From assembly GCA_002269645.1 (NCBI GenBank), contig NIVC01004340.1, forward strand, positions 1-49,558: a stretch of DNA of 49,558 nt, given 5' to 3'. Numbering within the stretch: position 1 is the stretch's first letter; every line of letters starts with the position of its first letter. Position numbers and translations under genes: made by a program. Source of the DNA: Macrostomum lignano. Taxonomy: Eukaryota. A model generated the notes under the pieces. That model did not search any database. It was not told the DNA's origin and saw only the letters and a list, made by a program, of their open reading frames with translations. This document shows, piece by piece, positions 34,583 to 46,915 of this stretch.

Positions 34583-36146
34583 AGATTAGCAATCCATTGC
34601 ATCCTTAAGTCATGAGCTAGATTAGCAATCCATTACATACTTTATTCATGAGCTAGATTAGCAATCCATTACATACTTTATGCATGAGCTAGATTAGCAA
34701 TCCATTACATACTTTATTCATGAGCTAGATTAGCAATCCATTACATACTTTATTCATGAGCTAGATTAGCAATCCATTACATACTTTATTCATGAGCTGG
34801 ATTAGCAATCCATTACATACTTTATGCATGAGCTAGATTAGCAATCCATTACATACTTTATGCATGAGCTAGATTAGCAATCCATTACATACTTTATGCA
34901 TGAGTTAGATTAGCAATCCATTACATACTTTATGCATGAGCTAGATTAGCAATCCATTACATACTTTATTCATGAGCTAGATTAGCAATCCATTACATTC
35001 TTTATGCATGAGCTAGATTAGCAATCCATTACATACTTTATGCATGAGCTAGATTAGCAATCCATTACATACTTTATGCATGAGCTAGATTAGCAATCCA
35101 TTACATACTTTATGCATGAGCTAGATTAGCAATCCATTACATACTTTATGCATGAGCTAGATTAGCAATCCATTACATACTTTATGCATGAGCTAGATTA
35201 GCAATCCATTACATACTTTATGCACGAGCTAGATTAGCAATCCATTACATACTTTATGCATGAGCTAGATTAGCAATCCATTACATACTTTATGCATGAG
35301 CTAGATTAGCAATCCATTACATACTTTATGCATGAGCTAGATTAGCAATCCATTACATACTTTATGCATGAGCTAGATTAGCAATCCATTACATACTTTA
35401 TGCATGAGCTAGATTAGCAATCCATTACATACTTTATGCATGAGCTAGATTAGCAATCCATTACATACTTTATGCATGAGCTAGATTAGCAATCCATTAC
35501 ACACTTTATGCATGAGCTAGATTAGCAATCCATTACATACTTTATTCATGAGCTAGATTAGCAATCCATTACATACTTTATGCATGAGCTAGATTAGCAA
35601 TCCATTACATACTTTATTCATGAGCTAGATTAGCAATCCATTACACACTTTATGCATGAGCTAGATTAGCAATCCATTACATACTTTATGCATGAGCTAG
35701 ATTAGCAATCCATTACATACTTTATGCATGAGCTAGATTAGCAATCCATTACATACTTTATTCATGAGCTAGATTAGCAATCCATTACACACTTTATGCA
35801 TGAGCTAGATTAGCAATCCATTACACACTTTATGCATGAGCTAGATTAGCAATCCATTACATACTTTATGCATGAGCTAGATTAGCGATCCATTACATAC
35901 TTTATTCATGAGCTAGATTAGCAATCCATTACACACTTTATGCATGAGCTAGATTAGCAATCCATTACATACTTTATTCATGAGCTAGATTAGCAATCCA
36001 TTACACACTTTATTCATGAGCTAGATTAGCGATCCATTACATACTTTATGCATGAGCTAGATTAGCGATCCATTACATACTTTATGCATGAGCTAGATTA
36101 GCAATCCATTACATACTTTATGCATGAGCTAGATTAGCAATCCATT
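34583..36146 (+). repeat. Homogeneous 36-bp minisatellite (~43 copies)
   Basis: Unit AGATTAGCAATCCATTACATACTTTATGCATGAGCT. Confidence 0.95.
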
Positions 36147-37924
36147 GTTGCATACTCCACAACAGCTTATGCCAGTGAGTAATGAGAGATTTATGACACA
36201 TATTTAGCTTTAAATTTCCGAAAAGCAGATACTGTCAAATATTGAGAAACCACACGGAAATGGCTGTACAGCACAAGAGCGGCAGTCAGTTTCTGGCATA
36301 CCCAGCAAGCGCAGGTGAAATTCACAATAAAAGCTGACGGTTTGATGCGGGCCGTCTGTCCGCTCAAAACAGCTCGTAATTGAGTTGCTAGCTGCGCTGA
36401 GTTATCTGGCTCACTAAACCCGTATGTAGGCGGTTCTCCAGGAACAAAATTCCGAAAAATCGAGGGAAGTCCTCCCCCCCCTGTGATGACGCAACCCACC
36501 AACCAGCCCCAGCTGAAATATAAATATTGCAGTATTTTAATGCAGGTCAGAGCTATCCGCATTTAATAAATGGTACACAACAGTTGAGGCTTGTAAAAGC
36601 CTAACGCAGAAGACATTATTATAAATGCAACATAATGTTTAACTATGGAATGGTGATCGTAAATAATAATTATCTCCTGTAATAAACTTGTGTCAGAAAA
36701 TTTATATTCGGAGCCTTATATGCTATAATGTATAAGAGCTATAAGCATAATGGGGATAATTTCGGGACCAGGGATTCGATACAACCCGCCGACTTCAAAC
36801 GTATTTTTTATATACAACAACTATAGGACTCGACAGAAGTCAACTTAGACTGCCGAGGTCGACAGACGGACCCCGGCTCCATAAAAAACTTTACAGAAGG
36901 GTCGTGAGCCACCCTCTGTCGATGCAGAGCTGAATAAAATAAAATTGAAAAAACCAACTCTCGTTGGAATGGCGCCATTCGTTATCCGTGTTCAGGACAG
37001 GGATTTATGTTGAAATTGGGGAACTTATAGGAAAAAACAACAATAGCTACACTATAACTCATCGAGGAAGCGCTCAGACTCTGGCTCTGGGATGCTTTTT
37101 GAGAGTTGGGAAAGGCAGTCGTGGAAGTGGGAGGAAGCCCTGCTTTTTGGCTGCACACACAAGGATGCAGGTCTACAATTGCCACTTTGCCCTAAGACCT
37201 CCGAAGACCTCCAAGTCCAAACTCTACAGGGCGTGACTGCATGCAGTTCCATATCAACCGTCGAGAGAGGGAGAGAGAGTGGGGCATAGGGCGGCACAGA
37301 TGGCCCAGTTCTCGACTTCTCGGCTATACATGCATGTGTTAAGACATTTTGGGAGAATTTGGGACTGGGGCGGCCGTGTCCGGGAATAGGGTCTCCAGAG
37401 CACTGCTGCTGCAACTGCGCCGTGAAGCCAGCAGCTATAAGAGGCACCGACTGCACGTTCGCTGGGATCCTCCCCTAGCTGCATACGAAAATATTCTGCT
37501 TTTATAACAACTTGATTTAGTCTTCGCCGAAGCTTAAATCTAAAAAAAGAACAGTTAGCTGAAAAAGCAGTTTCTAACCGAACTTCTCATCTAATTTGTC
37601 TACGAGCGTATATTGAAAATCTCTATAAAAGATAGACGGCTTCTTGCCTTTCATTAATTATATTTCAATACAAATTCGCCTTGGGGTTTTCTCCGTATAC
37701 TGCATGTGAACAACAATTCAGTTGAGCGTTAAGAGTTTTTAAAGCAATAAAAAATATAAAAATTTAGGACAGTTTTCTAGAACAGTTAATTTGTAGAACA
37801 TTTGCTTTTTGTACGAGCCTGTTTGAAGCGAACAGCGGACCAGTAGTAATATAGGGGGAAACATCCCTTTTACAACTTCACAGCAGCTGCGATTTGTGAT
37901 TGGAGGGGGCGCGTCTTTGGAGGA

Positions 37925-39510
37925 GGCGCCATCGATGGGGTTGGAGGCGCCATCGAGGGGTGTGGGGGGGCGCCATCGAGGGGAGTTGGGGACGCCATTG
38001 AGGGGTGTGGGGCGCCATTGAGGGGAGTTGGGGACGCCATTGAGGGGTGTTGGGGCGCCATCGAGGGGAGTTGGGGACGCCATCGAGGGGAGTTGGGGAC
38101 GCCATTGAGGGGTGTGGGGCGCCATCGAGGGAAGTTAGGGACGCCATTGAGGGGTGTGGGGGCGCCATCGAGGGGAGTTGGGGACGCCATTGAGGGGTGT
38201 GGGGCGCCATTGAGGGGAGTTGGGGACGCCATCGAGGGGAGTTGGGGACGCCATTGAGGGGTGTGGGGCGCCATCGAGGGGAGTTGGGGACGCCATTGAG
38301 GGGTGTTGGGGCGCCATCGAGGGGAGTTGGGGACGCCATTGAGGGGTGTGGGGCGCCATTGAGGGGAGTTGGGGACGCCATTGAGGGGTGTTGGGGCGCC
38401 ATCGAGGGGAGTTGGGGACGCCATTGAGGGGTGTGGGGCGCCATTGAGGGGAGTTGGGGACGCCATTGAGGGGTGTTGGGGCGCCATCGAGGGGAGTTGG
38501 GGACGCCATTGAGGGGTGTGGGGGGGCGCCATCGAGGGGAGTTGGGGACGCCATTGAGGGGTGTGGGGCGCCATTGAGGGGAGTTGGGGACGCCATTGAG
38601 GGGTGTTGGGGCGCCATCGAGGGGAGTTGGGGACGCCATCGAGGGGAGTTGGGGACGCCATTGAGGGGTGTGGGGCGCCATCGAGGGGAGTTGGGGACGC
38701 CATTGAGGGGTGTGGGGGCGCCATCGAGGGGAGTTGGGGACGCCATTGAGGGGTGTGGGGGCGCCATCGAGGGGAGTTGGGGACGCCATCGAGGGGAGTT
38801 GGGGACGCCATCGACGGGTGTGGGGACGCCATCGAGGGGTGTGGGGACGCCATCGACGGGTGTGGGGACGCCATTGAGGGGTGTGGGGGCGCCATCGAGG
38901 GGAGTTGGGGACGCCATTGAGGGGTGTGGGGGCGCCATCGAGGGGAGTTGGGGACGCCATTGAGGGGTGTGGGGGCGCCATCGAGGGGAGTTGGGGACGC
39001 CATCGAGGGGAGTTGGGGACGCCATCGACGGGTGTGGGGACGCTATCGAGGGGTGTGGGGACGCCATTGAGGGGTGTGGGAACGCCATCGAGGGGTGTGG
39101 GGACGCCATCGAGGGGTGTGGGGACGCCATCGAGGGGTGTGGGGACGCCATCGAGGGGTGTGGGGACGCCATTGAGGGGTGTGGGAACGCCATTGAGGGG
39201 TGTGGGGACGCCATCGACGGGTGTGGGGACGCCATCGAGGGGTGTGGGGACGCCATTGAGGGGTGTGGGAACGCCATTGAGGGGTGTGGGGACGCCATCG
39301 ACGGGTGTGGGGACGCCATCGAGGGGTGTGGGGACGCCATTGAGGGGTGTGGGAACGCCATTGAGGGGTGTGGGGACGCCATCGACGGGTGTGGGGACGC
39401 CATCGAGGGGTGTGGGGACGCCATTGAGGGGTGTGGGAACGCCAGGGGTGGGGACGCCATCGATGGGGGTGGGGGCGCCATCGAGGGGTGTGGGGGTGCC
39501 ATCAATGGGA
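37925..39510 (+). repeat. G-rich 20-22-bp minisatellite (GCCAT(C/T)GAGGGG(A/T)G(T)TGGGG(A/G)C)
   Basis: Read directly; explains the Pro-rich (-) and Gly-rich (+) ORFs. Confidence 0.93.
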
Positions 39511-41093
39511 CAGGTACAAGGGGCGCCACCTTAGGGCGCCAGCACTATCGAAGGTGGCGGCCGCGGCCACCTTTGCTTGCCCTCCCCACTGGGTCGCTCC
39601 TTCAACGCCGCAGAGCCCCAGCATGCAACTCTACAGCATTCCAGCTCGGCCTCTCGTCACTGTCACGGGCTTACTAGCTACCGTGTGTCTGTCGCTAAAG
39701 TCTGTTTGTTTACTCAGTCGCCAAGGTCGCCGAGGTCACATGACAATTATAGACGGGGAATCGCTCTCAGCAAAAATATGCCCCAATTTTTTCGGAATCC
39801 TTTTCACGTCCGGCCAGATTGTTGACAGTTGATAGCGCTCGCCATTTTAGTGGATTGGGTAGCGGCGCAAGGGTCAGATGTAAGCGTCGGGCTCACCTTC
39901 TGCTCCCAATGCCAAACACAACTCGTAAGCAACTTCCTTCCCACGAATATCAAACGGGTTCTTGTTGGGATAATAAAGCAACGAAGGGAAGCGCAGAGGA
40001 GTGGAGCCGTGAATCCTATCGGTGAGCCACCCAGTCTGAGTCAACAACCTGAACTTCTCGGGCGGCCACAAACAAGCCGGGCCAAAAAAGGACCCCGGAA
40101 TGATTAGCATTAGCAAGTCCCTCAAACAGGGTCTGTTTGTCACGGAGAAGCCCTGGGCCCGCACAACAAACCGTTAACCCGTGACCCCCTGCGATACTGT
40201 AGACTGACTGCATATAGTAGGGATAAATATGGAACAAAGAGCGAAAATTCGGAAACAGAATAAAGAGGCCTCTTATCTCCGGGATTTGGTAAAGCAAAGT
40301 GTTCGCATTATGGGGAGAGAGGAATCGGCAACTACCCTGCAGACTGCAGCCCTCGTCATCGCATGGTTATTAGCAAGGTGAACTGAGTCATCGCCGCCCG
40401 GTGTTAAAGCGAAATGGGGCTTGAAAAGTACAAATGCCAGTTCTCCCACTAAGCCTATATATGCAACAGTTTTTGATACTGCAGCAAGGTCACCTTCAGA
40501 TCCAGCACAAAGAACTGCTGGGCTGTCTCCCTGCATAGGGCTGCATTCACAGACAGGTACAATTTGGTGTCACAAGGCTTGCTGTGGCGGTGGCATGTTC
40601 TAGCTTGCCCTGCACAGCAAACAAAGACATTTTTTCTCTCCATCACAAGGTGACTTCTGCCGCTAAACTGTAGTAGTGCCAGTTCTTATCAGCTATCAAC
40701 CCCCCCCCCGAAAAGAGTTCCGTAAGAATAAATAATGATTGCAACTATAGCTAGCTACCTTGCGTTACAAGGTCTTCGGTTGATACTTACTTCTTTCTTG
40801 GGTTCATTTCTCGAATACTAGGCCTGCTGGAGGAAAGTGAACTTAGTGAAGAAACGGAAACCTGGGGGTTAACTTAATTGAATTAGTCACCATCACGACT
40901 TAATGCATTGCTCGAATATGTTAGTTCGGTGTGTAGTGTCTGTAAACAATCAGTACAAGGCAGAAACAAGGGCAGCGACTACATATTTAGGACAAAATAA
41001 TTCACCAACAAGTGCCTAGTGCGTAACTCCTTCTGCTTTCTGCTCAGTCATATAAGGGCTGGAGGCCCTCGGGTGTTACGAGACATTGTCATG

Positions 41094-41308
41094 AGGTTCA
41101 TCCAGTCCAACCCGCCTCGGTCATAGAGGCTTATCCAGTCCAACCCGCCTCGGTCATAGAGGTTTATCCAGTCCAACCCGCCTCGGTCATAGAGGTTTAT
41201 CCAGTCCAACCCGCCTCGGTCATACAGGTTCATTCAGTCCAACCCGCCTCGGTCATAGAGGTTCATTCAGTCCAACCCGCCTCGGTCATAGAGGTTCATT
41301 CAGTCCAA
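41094..41308 (+). repeat. 33-bp tandem repeat (~6.5 copies)
   Basis: Unit GGTTTATCCAGTCCAACCCGCCTCGGTCATAGA. Confidence 0.9.
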
Positions 41309-41789
41309 TTATCTACAGTCAATCTTATTTTTTTCACTTCAAATGTTGTGTCTCCGCCCAGGGGCTTATCTTAGGTAACAATTTTAAATTTATCTTAAAA
41401 ATTTCAGTTCACATATTCAATAAATAGGTCCCTTGGACTGTCAGAACTTCGCTGTCAGCAAATATGCATCTTTATACTTTCCTCTCAGTCTCTCCATCCT
41501 CCTACCTTTAGTATCTTCAGCAAGGCCGGTTTGTTTATGCGTATAGCGAATGCATGAATGGAACTGCTGTGCGAGTATTCTGTTTCCGTTGTTGCCTGTT
41601 ACTTATGTTATGACGAAAAAGGCCTTGTCAAACTCAATGCAGCACGTGCCACTACGGGTTGCACCAGTTGGGACAGAACTGACCTAGACCATTCTTCACA
41701 TTGTTGAAAGTTCCCCCATCATCAACCAGCCATTAATCCCCGATTAGAGATCCCATTGTCCAGGCATCATCCATGCCAATAAATCGAAT

Positions 41790-43315
41790 GCCCGATGCCC
41801 CAGTGTCAGATGCCGATGCCCCTGTTGTCAGATTCCGATGCCCCTGTGTCAGATTCCGATGCCCCTGTGTCAGATTCCAATGCCCCTGTTGTCAGATTCC
41901 GATGCCCCAGTGTCAGATGCCGATACTTCTGTGTCAGATGCCGATGCCCCAGTGTCAGATGCCGAAACCCTCATGTCAGATGCCGATGCCCCTGTTGTCA
42001 GATGCCGAAACCCTCATGTCAGATGCCGATGCCCCTGTTGTCAGATGCCGAAACCCTCATGTCAGATGCCGATGCCCCTGTTGTCAGATGCCGAAACCCT
42101 CATGTCAGATGCCGATGCCCCTGTTGTCAGATGCCGAAACCCTCATGTCAGATGCCGATGCCCCTGTTGTCAGATGCCGAAACCCTCATGTCAGATGCCG
42201 ATGCCCCTGTTGTCAGATGCCGAAACCCTCATGTCAGATGCCGATACTCCTGTGTCAGATGCCGATACTCCTGTGTCAGATGCCGATGCCCCTGCAGTGT
42301 CAGATGCCGATACTCCTGTGTCAGATGCCGATGCCCCTGCAGTGTCAGATGCCGATGCCCTCATGTCAGATGCCGATGCCCCAGTGTCAGATGCCGAAAC
42401 CCTGTGTCAGATCCCGATTCCCCCGTGTCAGATGCCGATACTCCTGGGTCAGATGCCGATGCCCCTGCAGTGTCAGATGCCGATGCCCCTGCAGTGTCAG
42501 ATGCCGATGCCCCCGCAGTGTCAGATGCCGAAACCCTCATGTCAGATGCCGATGCCAGATTCCGATGCCCCTGTGTCAGATTCCAATGCCCCTGTTGTCA
42601 GATTCCGATGCCCCTGTGTCAGATTCCAATGCCCCTCATGTCAGATGCCGATGCCCCAGTGTCAGATGCCGAAACCCTGTGTCAGATCCCGATTCCCCCG
42701 TGTCAGATGCCGATACTCCTGGGTCAGATGCCGATGCCCCTGCAGTGTCAGATGCCGATGCCCTCATGTCAGATGCCGATGCCCCAGTGTCAGATGCCGA
42801 AACCCTGTGTCAGATCCCGATTCCCCCGTGTCAGATGCCGATACTCCTGGGTCAGATGCCGATGCCCCTGCAGTGTCAGATGCCGATGCCCCCGCAGTGT
42901 CAGATGCCGAAACCCTCATGTCAGATGCCGATGCCAGATTCCGATGCCCCTGTGTCAGATTCCAATGCCCCTGTTGTCAGATTCCGATACCCCTGTGTCA
43001 GATTCCGATACTCCTGTGTCAGATCCCGATTCCCCCGTGTCAGATGCCGATACTCCTGTGTCAGATGCCGATACTCCTGTGTCAGATTCCAATGCCCCTG
43101 TTGTCAGATTCCGATACCCCTGTTGTCAGATTCCAATACCCCTGTGTCAGATTCCGATACTCCTGTGTCAGATGCCGATACTCCTGTGTCAGATGCCGAT
43201 GCCCTGCAGTGTCAGATGCCGAAACCCTCGTGTCAGATGCCGAAACCCTCATGTCAGATGCCGATGTCCCAGTGTCAGATGCCGATGCCAGATTCCGATG
43301 CCCCTGTGTCAGATA
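41790..43315 (+). repeat. Variable ~21-24-bp minisatellite with a TGTCAGAT core
   Basis: GTCAGATGCCGATGCCCCTGT and variants. Confidence 0.93.
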
Positions 43316-43734
43316 GTGATAGTCATTGTATGTATAGTCATTAGTGGGACTATTGCCGATATGTATTGAAAACAATTTAAAGCACTACTATCTAAACCGC
43401 GGGTGCAAAAGTTATAGACAAGACACTATCGTTGCCAGGCAAGTGTTTTGGCTATAAAATGCTTGAATTAAAATCCATAACGAAGTTCCATGACGAAGTT
43501 CGCGTTCATTCTTCTTCGTTCTGGTTCTGCAGCAAAAAGGTCTTGTTGGCTTGGCAAATCTAAAAATACCTTAGCAAAGTCTAATTTTAATTCTATTTGA
43601 TGACCGAGTAGTTTACAGTTTGATTCGCCTGAATGACACTCATGACAAGGATGTGTAGACAGTGCGTATTTTACGCGAACCCCAACTTCTTGATCTGTCC
43701 CGGGACATGGCCCCACTATTAACAGTGATAACCT

Positions 43735-44755
43735 GTGGTCAGATATACTGATGCCTCTGTGTCAGATACCGATGGCTCCTGTGTCAGATACCGATCGCCC
43801 CTGTGTCACCCACCTGTGTCAGATACTGTCACCTTGTGTGAGATATTGTCAGATACTGCCACCTTGTGTGAGATATTGTCAGATACTGCCACCTTGTGTG
43901 AGATATTGTCAGATGCTGCCACTGTGTGGGAGATATTGTCAGATGCTGCCACCGCGTGGGAGATATTGTCAGATATTGCCACCGCGTGGGAGATATTGTC
44001 AGATATTGCCACCGTGTGGGAGATATTGTCAGATGCTGCCACCTTGTGTGAGATATTGTCAGATACTGCCACCTTGTGTCAGATACTGCCACCTTGTGTG
44101 AGATATTGTCAGATGCTGCCACCGTGTGGGAGATATTGTCAGATGCTGCCACCGTGTGGGAGACATTGTCAGATGCTGCCACCGTGTGGGAGATATTGTC
44201 AGATGCTGCCACCGTGTGGGAGACATTGTCAGATGCTGCCACCGTGTGGGAGATATTGTCAGATATTGCCACCGTGTGGGAGATATTGTCAGATGCTGCC
44301 ACCGTGTGTCAGATATTGTCAGATATTGTCAGATATTGTCAGATATTGTCAGATATTGTCAGATATTGTCAGATATTGTCAGATGCTGGCACCGTGTGTC
44401 AGATATTGTCAGATGCTGGCACCGTGTGTCAGATATTGTCAGATGCTGGCACCGTGTGTCAGATATTGTCAGATGCTGGCACCGTGTGTCAGATATTGTC
44501 AGATGCTGGCACCGTGTGTCAGATATTGTCAGATGCTGCCACCGTGTGGGAGATATTGTCAGATGCTGCCACCGTGTGGGAGATATTGTCAGATGCTGCC
44601 ACCGTGTGGGAGATATTGTCAGATACTGTCGCCTTGTGTGAGATATTGTGAGATACTGCCACCGTGTGTCAGATATTGTCAGATGCTGTCACCGTGTGTC
44701 AGATAGTCGCCTTGTGTCAGATACTGATGCTGCGCCTACATGTCAGATACTGTAA
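43735..44755 (+). repeat. 10/33-bp minisatellite with a TGTCAGAT core
   Basis: GAGATATTGTCAGATGCTGCCACCGTGTGG and (GTCAGATATT)n. Confidence 0.93.
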
Positions 44756-46915
44756 ATGCACCCCGTGTCGGATTACAGTCAGACGTCGCGATTTGGATGG
44801 ACATTTGGACCCCAATCCTTAATAACTATTGCGTAAACTGAAGCTGTACCAATACCAAGACGCTAATTTTAAAACAGTTTCGTAAAATTATGCCTAAAAG
44901 AGTCAATTTGTTTTTGTCAACGTCCACGACAGCGACCCCAAAAAAATTATAGAAAAGTAAAAAAGATTAAACTAAAATCTTTCGATCTGACAAATGACTA
45001 GCCAGTAGCCACTACTATTTTTTTATCTAAGACTACGACAACCCTGTCTGTAACACTCTTCTCTCAGCCTGCAATGCAAACTACGAGTATAACTATACAG
45101 GCTGATCTTGTACGAGAGTTAATTACACCGCCTATCGTGATAATGCCTTGTACAGCTATTTAGCGGAGAGAGATTATTATGGGGTGGGGGTTGGCGCTAG
45201 ACTGAGCCATCCGATTCATAGCCGGCATTCAAGTCAAACAAAAACGCTGACACTGGCCGGCAAGGACGAGCTTAACAAGTGCCCTGGCCGTCCAAACTCC
45301 AAGACCAAAACTCCAGGGCCGGTATTTCAACTTGAATTCTATTCCTTCCTTAATCTTAACTGGCGCAAAATAATTCAGTCAGTCAGTGGCTGCCTGCTGC
45401 GGGCACAGCAGTGGGTTGGTGGGTGCTGCTGTCCTGTGCATGAAAATTCAGATAGAGAGGCTAGATTAGGGAGGAGAGGAGTGAGCTATGGGGTGTTGGG
45501 GCTGCGGACAAACCAACTGATAAGGAAGCCTCCAGTCCGCCCCCCCCCTTAGTTGATGTTGGAAAGGCCTGTAGAGTAGAGAGAAGTAACGTATTATTGG
45601 CCATTGAGTGCAAAACCTGGGCCGACTGTCGTTCTCAATTCGGGCTCCGGCATACATTTAAGACTTGTAGAGGAGCTTTGCAATCTGCTTTCGCATGCAG
45701 CCAGTGAGCCAGCACCCAGTGGAGTTCTTACAACAAAGAGCTTAGAAAGAGAAAGAGCGTGGTGAAGGGTTAAAAAAAACACTTTGAAAGGCGGAACTGT
45801 GCAGTGCGCACGGCACGGGGTGAAGGGTGGACCATAAAAACTGAGGCATAGGCGGTGGGGGTGAGGGCGCGCATTGGTATACTCACTGGCAGGCCGAGTC
45901 ATGCCACGGCGTGCAGCTGTGCACATTAAAAAACCGCTCCCTTAGCAAGAAGGATAGGAAACCGGCCTCCGCCACCGGCTCTTTGGGGGTTCGTCATTCA
46001 GCTTAGGGCCGTAGGGCGTCTCTCTCATTCGCGTTTTTATCTCTAATAGTTGAGTTATTACACACATATGAGAGTATTTGGAGCTGGCGCCATGTATACA
46101 GGGGGGGGTTGCATCTCAATGCTCAATTTCCTAATTGCCTTCCCAAAACCATATAGGCAGCCAACTAAATTAGCGTAGACTCACTAAACTAATTTGATCT
46201 TATTATAAAAGTACATCGACAGCCCTGGATTAGCAGTAACAGTTTAGTGATTCACTTATTCACGAATCAATACTAGGAGCTACTTACTAGCTAGTTCCGG
46301 CGACCCCCCTCGCCCGAACATAACAAGTGTCTAAGGCTAATCAAGTCCGGATCAGCGGCCCAGCAGTCAGTCACTCACTCACTCGCATTGTCACAGGGAC
46401 TTACAGCAGCACAACATTCCCTCCTATCCCTAATTCTTTCATTCTCCTTTCTCTTCCTCGTCCAATGGAGTGTGTGGACGTAGCCTCTCCGCTCTCCCCC
46501 TTAAGCTATCGGAGCAGGGTGGGGAGGGTGCTGGGCCACTGCGGGCGTTCCGCCGCAAACCCCCCTCCCCCCAAAACCTGACCCCGCGAGGGTTGGTTTA
46601 TGATTTAGTATGTTTGTTGAGGGTGCAGTGAGAGAAGGAGAGAAAAGAGCGAAGACACCCCAAAGCCAGCGGCAGCCCGAGTCCGAAGTGACAGCCGAAC
46701 GGAGCTAAGGATATCTCGGGCAAGCAATCGCTCTATTGTAATTGTAATGTCCTCAGACCTTGGCCTAAACTGTCTGCTACAGCCTGTGCCACTTGCTTCT
46801 GGCGACTGCGTCTACTTGTCTGCAGTCTAATCTGTGCTTTAACCGCTTAAAGAGTTAGTTCTTCCTGTATAAATTAAGAGTAAAATTCGAGCCCAAGCTG
46901 CTGCGACAGCGCCCA

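Noticed and set aside
36761-36800. tRNA/SINE B-box-like GGATTCGATAC
   Set aside because: Mismatch to the B-box consensus, no A-box at proper spacing and no cloverleaf.
37739-39832. Pro-rich and Gly-rich ORFs up to 464 aa
   Set aside because: They arise from a 20-22-bp minisatellite whose units are not codon multiples and are open in several frames.
41773-44706. Cys/Pro/Asp-rich ORFs of ~500 aa (metallothionein- or keratin-associated-like)
   Set aside because: All three plus frames are open because the repeat lacks stops, and unit lengths vary without frame preservation.
45148-46600. Possible LINE/SINE 3' tails and short ORFs
   Set aside because: No RT or endonuclease motifs, poly-A tail or TSD could be identified by eye; left unannotated.
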